Shown: positions 37,752-45,860 of the stretch, piece after piece
Numbering within the stretch: position 1 is the first letter of the stretch
Layout of the letters: each line of letters begins with the position of its first letter
NCBI GenBank assembly: GCA_963815555.1
Contig: CAWFHH010000002.1
Coordinates: 334,421-398,420 of the forward strand
DNA: 64,000 nucleotides
From: an uncultured Acidobacteriaceae bacterium
Lineage (GTDB): Bacteria; Acidobacteriota; Terriglobia; Terriglobales; Acidobacteriaceae
Direction of reading: 5' to 3'
Notes under the pieces: generated by a model
Database searches by the model: none
What the model saw: only the letters and a program-made list of their open reading frames with translations
Told to the model about the DNA's origin: nothing
Position numbers and translations under genes: made by a program

Positions 37752-38610
37752 ACGGCTTATATCAGGGCGCGACTTTTGGTCGTGCCGTTGGGATGCGAAC
37801 GAAAGAGTCGCATCAGGGCCTACGAACGGTTCGTATCAGGGCACGACTTTAAGTCGTGCCGCAACACGGCAATCTAAGAAAGGGCTTTAGCCCCTGTTTA
37901 TGGCGAAACCTACTCGAAACGCGCTAGCCGATGAGATCGTGAGGTCGTCACGTACGTTCTTTGTCACGACCAAGACCAGCATGGGTCGCGCGCTGTTGCA
38001 ATCCGAGCGCAATGCCACACTTTTCATCGACGTACTGCGCTCGTATGTGGCAGCGGGAAAATTTCGAGTTCATGACTTCGTGGTGATGCCGAATCATGTT
38101 CATTTATTGGTCACAGTGGGCGCCGATATGTCGATCGAGAAAGCCGTGCAGTTCATAAAGGGTGGATTTTCCTATCGTGTGAAGAAAGATCTCGGATATG
38201 CGGGTGAGGTCTGGCAGCGCGGCTTTTCTGAAGTGCGGGTGAAGGATCGCGAGAGTTTCCTGGAGCACCGGAAATACATTGCGCAGAACCCGGTGAAAGC
38301 GGGTCTGGTGGATTCTCCCGAGGCGTTCCCGTTCAGTTATGCGTCTTTGGCGCGGCAAAAGAAGACAGGGGCTGAAGCCCAGGAGAGCGGGCGTCGCTGC
38401 GGCCCGGCTGAAGCCGGGCCCTGATACGAAGCGTCGTGCGACACACGAACGGTCTGTAGCAGCATCATGAGGCAGTCGTGCAGCAACACAGGAACGGTTT
38501 TTGACAGCACGTTATCTCGGTCGTGCCGCGACACACGAATGGTTGGTAGCAGCCTATGACTTCAGTCGTGCCGCAACGACGCAACATTGAAGGGGCTTTA
38601 GCCCCTGAAC
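37752..38610 (+). mobile_element. RAYT-REP unit: a Y1 transposase gene flanked by REP hairpin clusters, between scoA and scoB
   Basis: Upstream hairpins lie at 37766-37786, 37821-37835, 37840-37860 and 37882-37893. Downstream, three degenerate GTCGTGC...ACACGAAYGG units lie at 38433-38560. A 44-bp direct repeat, GTCGTGCCGCAAC...GGGCTTTAGCCCCTG, occurs at 37853-37896 and 38565-38607. Confidence 0.7.
37900..38424 (+). CDS. REP-associated tyrosine transposase (RAYT; IS200/IS605-type Y1 HUH transposase)
   Basis: HUH motif MPNHVHLLV and the catalytic Tyr region HRKYIAQNPVKAGLV. The last ~25 codons run into REP-like hairpins (GGGGCTGAAGCCC, GGCCCGGCTGAAGCCGGGCC). Confidence 0.8.
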   Translation: MAKPTRNALADEIVRSSRTFFVTTKTSMGRALLQSERNATLFIDVLRSYVAAGKFRVHDFVVMPNHVHLLVTVGADMSIEKAVQFIKGGFSYRVKKDLGYAGEVWQRGFSEVRVKDRESFLEHRKYIAQNPVKAGLVDSPEAFPFSYASLARQKKTGAEAQESGRRCGPAEAGP

Positions 38611-38636
38611 GGCATCCGACGCATTGAGGGAATCGC

Positions 38637-39326
38637 ATGGCGACACCTCCGAAGCTCGACAAGCAGAAAGACAGCGAGAAGCGCGATCGCATCGTGCGCC
38701 GCGTGGCGCGCGAGTTGCGCGACGGCTACTACGTCAACTTAGGCATTGGCATGCCGACGCTGGTGGCGAACTGCGTGCCTTCTGGTATCGAAGTTGTGCT
38801 GCAGAGCGAAAATGGGATGCTCGGCGTCGGACCTTATCCCATCGCCGGCGAAGAAGATCCGGACCTGATCAATGCCGGCAAAGAGACCGTGTCGGAGCTG
38901 CCCGGGACAGCTTATTTCTCCAGCGCCGATTCGTTTGCCATGATTCGCGGCGGCCACATTGACCTGAGCGTCCTGGGCGCGATGGAGGTCGATGAAGAAG
39001 GCAATCTCGCCAACTGGATGATTCCCGGCAAAATGGTGAAAGGCATGGGCGGCGCGATGGACCTGGTTGCCAGCGCCAAGCGCGTGATCGTCGCCATGGA
39101 ACATACGACGCGCGACGGCGCCCCAAAAATCCTGCGGCGCTGCACGCTGCCGATTACCGGTCTGCGCGTGGTGAACACCATCGTCACCGAGATGGCCTAC
39201 ATTCACGTGACGCAAAGCGGGCTGGTGGTGGACGAGATCGCCGAAGGCCTTACCTTTGAGGATGTGCAACGCGCGACCGAAGCGCCGCTGATTGCCAGTC
39301 CGCAGTTGAAGCGGATGCCGGTTTGA
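38637..39326 (+). CDS. scoB: 3-oxoacid CoA-transferase subunit B
   Basis: [17 protein letters not shown] (catalytic Glu), GGAMDLV. Confidence 0.9.
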   Translation: MATPPKLDKQKDSEKRDRIVRRVARELRDGYYVNLGIGMPTLVANCVPSGIEVVLQSENGMLGVGPYPIAGEEDPDLINAGKETVSELPGTAYFSSADSFAMIRGGHIDLSVLGAMEVDEEGNLANWMIPGKMVKGMGGAMDLVASAKRVIVAMEHTTRDGAPKILRRCTLPITGLRVVNTIVTEMAYIHVTQSGLVVDEIAEGLTFEDVQRATEAPLIASPQLKRMPV

Positions 39327-39732
39327 CTGCGTCGGCCGAATCAACGATGCGCGATCTACGGCGACAGGCTCAGGCGAGAACGCCACATTTTCCAGCCCCG
39401 AGAAAAGCAGAACAAGCAGCCTAGCGATAAATCCGGAGATGGACATTCGCGCAGGCAGATCAGACACGTGATCAGGCCGAAGACCGCAGCGCATCCGATG
39501 ACCAGGCGGCGTGTTGGTCGGGAAACCTCGGCGGTCGGCGTCATAAGCCCCGTCCTTTTGCCGGTGCGATCGGATCCGCTGTCATATGCGTTCGCTTTTT
39601 GGAATCGGTTCCCATTGCAGGACGGCCACCTCAAACTAACCTTGGTCTGTGACGCCGCGCACTGCTGCGCGTCCGCCAAGGTTTGATAGTTAACCGTTAA
39701 CGATCACCCTGCGTGATCGGAAAGAAGCGCCT

Positions 39733-40197
39733 ATGTCTACCCGTGTAAGCGCCATTATGGTCGCGTCGCTGCTGATCTTTGCCGTCTCGATGGTCGCGCA
39801 GAATAACTCGGCGAAGCCTGGCGCGTCGCAAGCCTCTACTCCTGAAATCAAACATGGACCTGCACCTTACTCCAATCCCACATCCGGCAAGGCGATGTAC
39901 CAGGCTTATTGCGCTTCCTGCCATGGGATCGATGGCCGAGGAGATGGACCAGCGGCTCCGGCGCTCAAAACGTCTCCCACCGATCTCACTCGACTGGCGG
40001 CGAACCATAACGGTGTCTATCCTGAAGCGCATGTCGCGGCCGTGATTCAGGGCGATGCGCTTACGCCCTCGCACGGCAGCAAGGACATGCCGGTTTGGGG
40101 ACCGGTGTTTCTGTCGCTTGGACAGCATCAGCCGACGCAGGTGCAACTGCGAATCCGTAACCTGGTGAAATACCTGGAGAGTATTCAGCAGAAGTAG
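39733..40197 (+). CDS. periplasmic class I c-type cytochrome
   Basis: Signal peptide, a single CASCH heme-binding motif and a distal Met (KDMPVWG). Confidence 0.8.
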   Translation: MSTRVSAIMVASLLIFAVSMVAQNNSAKPGASQASTPEIKHGPAPYSNPTSGKAMYQAYCASCHGIDGRGDGPAAPALKTSPTDLTRLAANHNGVYPEAHVAAVIQGDALTPSHGSKDMPVWGPVFLSLGQHQPTQVQLRIRNLVKYLESIQQK

Positions 40198-40206
40198 AGC
40201 AGCGAA

Positions 40207-40230
40207 AAAGGGCGCGGATGTGCGCCCTTT
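40207..40230. terminator. bidirectional hairpin terminator between the convergent cytochrome c and ilvE genes
   Basis: AAAGGGCGC-GGATGT-GCGCCCTTT, with an A-run on one side and a T-run on the other. Confidence 0.55.
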
Positions 40231-40252
40231 GAGGTTCGTTCTGCGAACGCCG

Positions 40253-41197
40253 CTAGACCGTGACCGGCTGCTTGACCGGAACTGGTGTCAACCAGCCAAA
40301 GCGGTCTTCCGCGGTGCCTTTGACGATGCCGTAGAACTGATTGCGGACCGCCTTCGTGACCGGGCCAATGCGGCCGTTACCGACCTTGATCTTATCGACC
40401 GAACGAATGGGCGTAATTTCGGCCGCGGTGCCGCTGAAGAACAGTTCTTCGCAGATGTACAGCATCTCGCGGGGAATGATCTGCTCGACGACGGGAATCT
40501 GCAACTCCTGCGCGATGTGCAGCACCGAGTTGCGGGTGATTCCAGGCAGCACACTGTTGCCGAGCGGCGGTGTATAGAGCCGCCCTTTATGCACGACAAA
40601 AACGTTTTCGCCCGAGCCTTCGCTGACGTAGCCATTCACATCGAGCGCGATGCCCTCGGCGTAGCCGTTCACGATGGCTTCCATCTTGATGAGCTGCGAG
40701 TTCATGTAGTTCGCGCCCGACTTGGCCATCGTGGGCATGGTGTTGGGCGCAATGCGCGACCACGACGAAACGCAGACCTCGACGCCTTCATCGGCATCGG
40801 CGTCGCCGAGGTACTTGCCCCATTCGTAATTCACGACGTAAACCTCCGTCGGCGAGTTAAAGGGATTGACTCCCACCTGTCCGTAGCCGCGCAGCACGAT
40901 GGGGCGGATGTAGCAGGGTGAGATGTTGTTCCTGCCGACGACTTCCACCGTCGCCTGGCAAAGCTCGTCGAGCGAATAGTCAACGTCGATGCGATAGATC
41001 TTGCAGGAATCGAGCAGGCGCTGCAGGTGGTCGCGCAGGCGGAAAATTGCCGGCCCTTTCGCCGTCTGGTAGCAACGAATGCCCTCGAACATCGAGGAAC
41101 CGTAGTTAACGACATGAGCCATGACATGCAGTTTGGCGTCATCCCAGGGAATCAGTTGCCCGTTGTACCAGATGTACTCACTTGCCTTAATGGCCAT
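40253..41197 (-). CDS. ilvE: branched-chain amino acid aminotransferase
   Basis: SSMFEGIRCY, EGSGENVFVV, GITRNSV, ELFFSGTAAEITPI. Confidence 0.9.
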   Translation of the reverse strand: MAIKASEYIWYNGQLIPWDDAKLHVMAHVVNYGSSMFEGIRCYQTAKGPAIFRLRDHLQRLLDSCKIYRIDVDYSLDELCQATVEVVGRNNISPCYIRPIVLRGYGQVGVNPFNSPTEVYVVNYEWGKYLGDADADEGVEVCVSSWSRIAPNTMPTMAKSGANYMNSQLIKMEAIVNGYAEGIALDVNGYVSEGSGENVFVVHKGRLYTPPLGNSVLPGITRNSVLHIAQELQIPVVEQIIPREMLYICEELFFSGTAAEITPIRSVDKIKVGNGRIGPVTKAVRNQFYGIVKGTAEDRFGWLTPVPVKQPVTV

Positions 41198-41467
41198 TCT
41201 GGTGCTCCTTGAAAATCGAGATAGGTACGGGTGTTAGGCTGACTGGCCGAAGCTGCGAAATGCGCGAGCCACTTGCGAGCGAAGCCGTGCGGCGATCGAT
41301 GGCACTGTACATCAGGGATTCAGCTTAACTCCAGATTATAAATGAGGATTGCCATGGCCGCGGCAGGGTTTTCAACAGCACTTTCCGCCGCGGGACAAAA
41401 CTCCAGGAGAATGGATGCAGGCCGCGAGGCACGAGGCTTTGAAATTCCAGCCAATAATACAGAGTAG

Positions 41468-42550
41468 ATGTCACTGAACCGTAATCGATCGCCAGCTAGA
41501 ATGGAGGAGCGAACGCAGAAGCTTAGTTTGGGAGACACCGGCATTCGTACTTTGAACCTGTGCCTGATCGGCTTCGGCAACGTAGGCAAAGCCGTCGTCT
41601 CGCTGCTCCAGAAGAAAGGGCAGGAGTTAGCGGCCTGCTACCACATGCAGTGCCGGCTGACTGGAATCGCGTCGCGGCGCCTGGGCTGGCTGGTGGCGGT
41701 CGAGGGTTTTCCGTTGGACAAGCTGCTTGCGGGAGACTTCTCGCAAGGGCGTAAGGTTTCCGACGTCGAGGAGTGGCTGCGGCTGGGAAAGGCCGACGCG
41801 TTGTTCGAGGCATCGTCGCTCAACGCTGAGACGGGCCAGCCTGCAACCGACTACCTTCGTGCCGCGCTCGAGGCCGGAGCGCATGCCATCAGCGCCAATA
41901 AGGGTCCGGTAGTGCATGCCTATCGCGAGCTGACGGAGCTGGCCGAGCGGCGAGGGAAACGCTTCTTCTTCGAGTCGGCGACGATGGACGGTGTGCCCGT
42001 CTATTCGCTGTTTCGCGAGGTGCTGCCGGCCATCGAGGTGCTGGGCTTTCGTGGCGTTCTGAACTCGACGACCACCGTCATTCTCGACGCGATGGAGGTG
42101 GGAATGACCTTTGACGATGCGATTGCCGAGGCGCAGCGGTTGGGCGTGGCCGAGACCGATCCCAGCGCAGATATCGATGGAATAGACGCAGCCGTGAAAG
42201 TCGTCGCCCTGGTGAATGTGCTGATGAATGGCAGCCTGAAGTTAAGCGACATTTCGCGCCAGGGTATCCGCGGAATCACCTCGGATGACTTGCGCAAGGC
42301 GCGCGCCACAGGCGAAGCTTGGAAGTTGATCGGCAAGGCACGCCGCCAGCCCGACGGAAGCATTCGCGGCTCGGTTGCGCCGGAGCGGCTGAGCCTGAGC
42401 GATCCGTTGGCCTCGGTGCGAGGCACGTCTCTGCTGATCGCGTTTGAGACCGACATTTTCCCGGAGCTGATCGTAGGCGAGCGCGATCCCGGGCCGCAAG
42501 CCACGGCGTATGGCATGCTCGCCGACTTTCTGAACGCCGTGAAGGAGTAA
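41468..42550 (+). CDS. homoserine dehydrogenase
   Basis: NAD-binding LIGFGNVGKAV and the catalytic region with FFFESATMDGVPV and GVLNSTT. The alternative start MEERTQ is at 41501. Confidence 0.8.
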   Translation: MSLNRNRSPARMEERTQKLSLGDTGIRTLNLCLIGFGNVGKAVVSLLQKKGQELAACYHMQCRLTGIASRRLGWLVAVEGFPLDKLLAGDFSQGRKVSDVEEWLRLGKADALFEASSLNAETGQPATDYLRAALEAGAHAISANKGPVVHAYRELTELAERRGKRFFFESATMDGVPVYSLFREVLPAIEVLGFRGVLNSTTTVILDAMEVGMTFDDAIAEAQRLGVAETDPSADIDGIDAAVKVVALVNVLMNGSLKLSDISRQGIRGITSDDLRKARATGEAWKLIGKARRQPDGSIRGSVAPERLSLSDPLASVRGTSLLIAFETDIFPELIVGERDPGPQATAYGMLADFLNAVKE

Positions 42551-42556
42551 CGTATT

Positions 42557-43834
42557 TTGTCATCCAGTCCCCAAGCAATTGCCGCTCGCAAGATCGATCT
42601 GGAGTGGGTTCGCCGGCAGTTTCCGGCGCTCCACCAGAGGGTGAACGGCCAGTCGGCGATTTTCTTCGATGCTCCCGGCGGCACGCAGGTTCCGCAAAGC
42701 GTGATCGATGCCATCTCGAGCTACCTGTCGGGATACAACGCCAACACCGGCGGCGCCTTCGTTACCAGCCGACGCACCGATGAGATGATTGCCGACGCGC
42801 GCAGTGCCATGGCCGACTTCTTGAATTGTGCGACGGACGAAGTCGTCTTCGGGGCAAACATGAGCACGTTGACCTTTGCCCTGAGCCGCGCCATGGGCCG
42901 CGAACTGAAGGCAGGTGACGAACTGCTGGTGACCTGTCTCGATCATGATGCCAACGTTTCTCCCTGGGTATGTCTGGAAGAGCGTGGCGTGAAGGTGCGC
43001 ACCGCCGACATCAAGCCCGGCGACTGCACCATCGATATGTTCGATCTGTCGGCGAAGATTCGCCGCAGCACCCGACTGGTTGCGGTCGGCTGGGCCGCCA
43101 ACGCGGTGGGCACGATCAACCCGGTGGAGGAAGTTGTGCGCCAGGCGCATGCCGCGGGAGCGATGGCGTTCATCGACGCCGTGCATTACGCGCCGCATGG
43201 CCCCATCGACGTGCGCGCGCTGGATTGCGACTTCCTGGCATGCTCCAGCTACAAGTTCTTCGGGCCGCACCTGGGGATTCTGTACGGCAAGCGCGAGCAA
43301 CTGCTGCGGCTGCGTCCTTATAAGCTGCGCGCCGCCACAGAGCTGCTGCCCGACCGCTGGGAGACCGGCACGCAGAACCACGAGGGTTTAGCCGGGTTAA
43401 TCGCGGCCATCGATTACCTTGCAGATCTCGGACGGCATCATGCGCCTGAGGCGAGCACGCGCCGAGAGGCTATCCTTGTGGCTTACGACGTGATCCAGCA
43501 GCACGAGCGCGAAGTGGGCGAACAATTGGTCACGGGTTTGCTGGCAATTCCGGGGCTGACGTTCTACGGCATCACCGATCCAGCGAAGTTCGACCGGCGG
43601 ACGCCGACCGTGGCGATCCGCATGGAGGGACACACGCCCCGCGAACTCGCGACCTATCTTGGCGAGCGCGGCATCTTTACCTGGGATGGCAACTATTACG
43701 CGATCAACTTGACCGAGCGGTTGGGCGTGGAAAAAAGTGGCGGCATGCTGCGTATCGGGCTGACCCACTACAACACGGCGGAAGAAGTGGATCGGTTGCT
43801 GGGCGAACTGCGGGCTCTACGCGCTAAGGACTGA
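42557..43834 (+). CDS. class V aminotransferase, cysteine desulfurase-like family
   Basis: TTG start. IFFDAPGGTQVP, DHDANVSPW, ACSSYKFFGPHLG (PLP-Lys), RIGLTHYNT. Confidence 0.8.
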   Translation: MSSSPQAIAARKIDLEWVRRQFPALHQRVNGQSAIFFDAPGGTQVPQSVIDAISSYLSGYNANTGGAFVTSRRTDEMIADARSAMADFLNCATDEVVFGANMSTLTFALSRAMGRELKAGDELLVTCLDHDANVSPWVCLEERGVKVRTADIKPGDCTIDMFDLSAKIRRSTRLVAVGWAANAVGTINPVEEVVRQAHAAGAMAFIDAVHYAPHGPIDVRALDCDFLACSSYKFFGPHLGILYGKREQLLRLRPYKLRAATELLPDRWETGTQNHEGLAGLIAAIDYLADLGRHHAPEASTRREAILVAYDVIQQHEREVGEQLVTGLLAIPGLTFYGITDPAKFDRRTPTVAIRMEGHTPRELATYLGERGIFTWDGNYYAINLTERLGVEKSGGMLRIGLTHYNTAEEVDRLLGELRALRAKD

Positions 43835-43911
43835 CGGCCATTTGGCTGGGCTGGCGCAATCTGGCGCTTGCCGTGCGACGGCAACAGCGTAGAGTCAAAC
43901 CATCCCTTTTA

Positions 43912-43941
43912 GACCCTTCTCCCCCCAGCATCGGCTGAGGG
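43912..43941 (+). terminator. rho-independent terminator
   Basis: CCCCAGC-ATCG-GCTGAGGGG (one bulge) followed by T8. Confidence 0.55.
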
Positions 43942-44094
43942 GATTTTTTTTGCCCGGAAGCGAATCTTCTTCAAACCTAACCCGGAGTCACGGGACGCGG
44001 GCAGTGGAGCGAGAGTTTTGCGAAACCGGGCGGAGTAATCGTGGCGCTTTCGAGTGTGGGTTATAATCCGCGCTTCTCCGGAGGGTAACGATTC

Positions 44095-45144
44095 ATGCGC
44101 GGCCTGCCTCGCTGGTCCGCAGTGTTGGCCGTCGTCGCGATCGCGACGGTGGTCTGTGCTCTTACCATCCGGCGAGCCCTGACGCCTGCGGTTTTGCAGT
44201 TGCAACTATCGGAAACCACGTTATCCGCCGATGGATTTTCTTCCGCCGAGCTGAAAATTCTGGGCTTCCGCGGCAGCGATCTGCGGGGGCTACGCGTCGA
44301 GACGGACTCACCGCACCGCGTGGTTGTGGAATCGGTAAGCGCGGAAGGCCGGTCCGCGATAGCGTTGCTGCGGGCTGGCGTGATGGCAGGCGACGCGACG
44401 GTCCGGGTTATCGCTCCAGGTTATCCCCCGCAACAGATCACGGTTAAAACAACGCTCGACGCGGGCGACTTGACCGGCAACGGCACACCCGACTTCCTGC
44501 GCCTGCATGACGCGGCCGATCGGGCGGCGTTTCGGCGATGGTTCACCCTGCTGGCGGAGTCGCAATATTACCGCCCCGGTGCATTGCCGGCGGAGATTCA
44601 CGATTGCGCGGCGCTGTTGCGCTTTGCCTATCGCGAGGCCCTGCGCCGGCATGACTCCGCATGGGCCCAGGCAATGGCGCTGCCGGTAGCCGCGGACGCG
44701 GGCGATATTCGGCAGTATCAGTTTCCGTTTACTCCGGTGGGAGCAGCGCTGTTTCGCGTGCGAGGGGGAAACTTTCAGGAGGCTGACCTGCGGGAAGGCG
44801 CGTTCGCGGAGTTCGCCGATGCCGAGACTCTGTGGCGGCGGAACACGCATTTCATCAGTCGCGACCTCGGCCGGGCGCGCCCCGGCGATCTCTTGTTCTT
44901 CCGGCAAGAGGGCCACGACATGCCGTTTCACGCCATGATTTTCGTGGGCCACAGCCAGGTCGAGCCCGGCAGCGAGGAGTTTGTGGTCTACCACACGGGA
45001 CCGATCGGGCGCGGCCCGGGAGAGATTCGGCGACCCTCGATTGCGGAACTGATGAACCATCCGGAGGCACGCTGGCATCCGGTGGCCTCCAATCCGAGTT
45101 TCCTGGGAGTGTATCGGTGGAACATCCTCCGAGGTGGCGATTGA
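44095..45144 (+). CDS. DUF1175 (YfaT/MagB-like) protein with an N-terminal Ig-like extension
   Basis: HDCAALLRFAYREALRRHD, PGDLLFFRQEGHDMPFHAMIFVG, VVYHTGP, HPEARWHPVASNPSFLGVYRW. Confidence 0.8.
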   Translation: MRGLPRWSAVLAVVAIATVVCALTIRRALTPAVLQLQLSETTLSADGFSSAELKILGFRGSDLRGLRVETDSPHRVVVESVSAEGRSAIALLRAGVMAGDATVRVIAPGYPPQQITVKTTLDAGDLTGNGTPDFLRLHDAADRAAFRRWFTLLAESQYYRPGALPAEIHDCAALLRFAYREALRRHDSAWAQAMALPVAADAGDIRQYQFPFTPVGAALFRVRGGNFQEADLREGAFAEFADAETLWRRNTHFISRDLGRARPGDLLFFRQEGHDMPFHAMIFVGHSQVEPGSEEFVVYHTGPIGRGPGEIRRPSIAELMNHPEARWHPVASNPSFLGVYRWNILRGGD

Positions 45145-45161
45145 GGCGCAGAGGGAGCGAG

Positions 45162-45281
45162 TTGAAGGGGCGCAGCTGGAACGGACGTTGCCGGAAGGGG
45201 CGCTACTTGAAAGCGCGCGGCTCGAAAGCGTGCGGCTTGAAGGGGCGCGTGTTGAAGGGGCGCGGCTTGAAGGGGCGCGGC
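45162..45281. repeat. 15-bp tandem repeat, about 8 units (consensus TTGAAGGGGCGCGGC, degenerate at the 5' end)
   Basis: Units start at 45162, 45177, 45192, 45207, 45222, 45237, 45252 and 45267. Confidence 0.8.
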
Positions 45282-45371
45282 TTTAGCCGCGCCGCAACAG
45301 CCCCTTTGATGCCTGGGGGCTTTAGCCCCGCCTTTAATAAGGCAGGCGTCATTCAACTGCAAGCGTCGGAA

Positions 45372-45411
45372 CCGCAGATCCCTCGCGGACTAAAGTCCGC
45401 TCGGGATGACA
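45372..45411. repeat. solo arm of the family-C repeat (CCGCAG.TCCCTC.CGG...TCGGGATGACA)
   Basis: CCGCAGATCCCTCGCGGACTAAAGTCCGCTCGGGATGACA. Compare 51416-51453, 54423-54460 and 63783-63918. Confidence 0.7.
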
Positions 45412-45438
45412 AAAATAGTGCGTTTAACGGCGCGCCTA

Positions 45439-45850
45439 AAGGCGCGCCCCTTCAGTCCATAGGGTTGAATGGTGCACCCTTCGGCGAGCTCAAGGCAGGG
45501 TCTAAAGGCGCGCCCCTTCAGTCCATAGGGACGAACGGCGCACCCTTCGACAGGGTCAGGGCAAGCTCTAAAGGCGCGCCCCTTCAGGCCATAGGGTTGA
45601 ATGGTGCACCCTTCGGCGAGCTCAAGGCAGGGTCTAAAGGCGCGCCCCTTCAGTCCATAGGGACGAACGGCGCACCCTTCGACAGGGTCAGGGCAAGCTC
45701 TGAAGGCGCGCCCCTTCAAGCCATAGGGTTGAATGGTGCACCCTTCGACAAGGTCAGGGCAAGCTCTAAAGGCGCGCCCCTTCAGTCCATAGGGTTGAAT
45801 GGTGCACCCTTCGACAAAGTCAGGGCAAGCTCTGAAGGCGCGCCCCTTCC
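45439..45850. repeat. 66-bp tandem repeat, about 6.2 units in two alternating variants
   Basis: The unit AAGGCGCGCCCCTTCAGTCCATAGGGTTGAATGGTGCACCCTTCGGCGAGCTCAAGGCAGGGTCTA recurs at 45439, 45505, 45571, 45637, 45703, 45769 and 45835. Each unit carries the palindromes GGCGCGCC and GGTGCACC. Confidence 0.9.
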
Positions 45851-45860
45851 GATCTTGCGC

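Noticed and set aside
39356-39679. A possible small membrane protein on the minus strand (MTPTAEVSRPTRRLVIGCAAVFGLITCLICL...).
   Set aside because: It has one hydrophobic stretch, but no RBS and declining coding quality toward the 3' end. The evidence is insufficient either way, so it is not listed as a feature.
45439-45850. A regularly spaced 66-bp repeat array could be mistaken for a CRISPR array.
   Set aside because: The units abut directly with no unique spacers, the two variants simply alternate, and no cas genes are nearby.
44832-45860. The 1886-aa ORF suggests the macroglobulin has a ~340-aa N-terminal extension with 22-aa repeats (GAPLQSIGLNGAPFGELKAGSK).
   Set aside because: The extension starts inside the DUF1175 gene in another frame and runs through REP/tandem-repeat DNA that is also open on the opposite strand. 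It has no RBS or signal peptide. The signal peptide MILALLLCFSLVSPLLAQ begins at 45861, which fits a normal A2M start.
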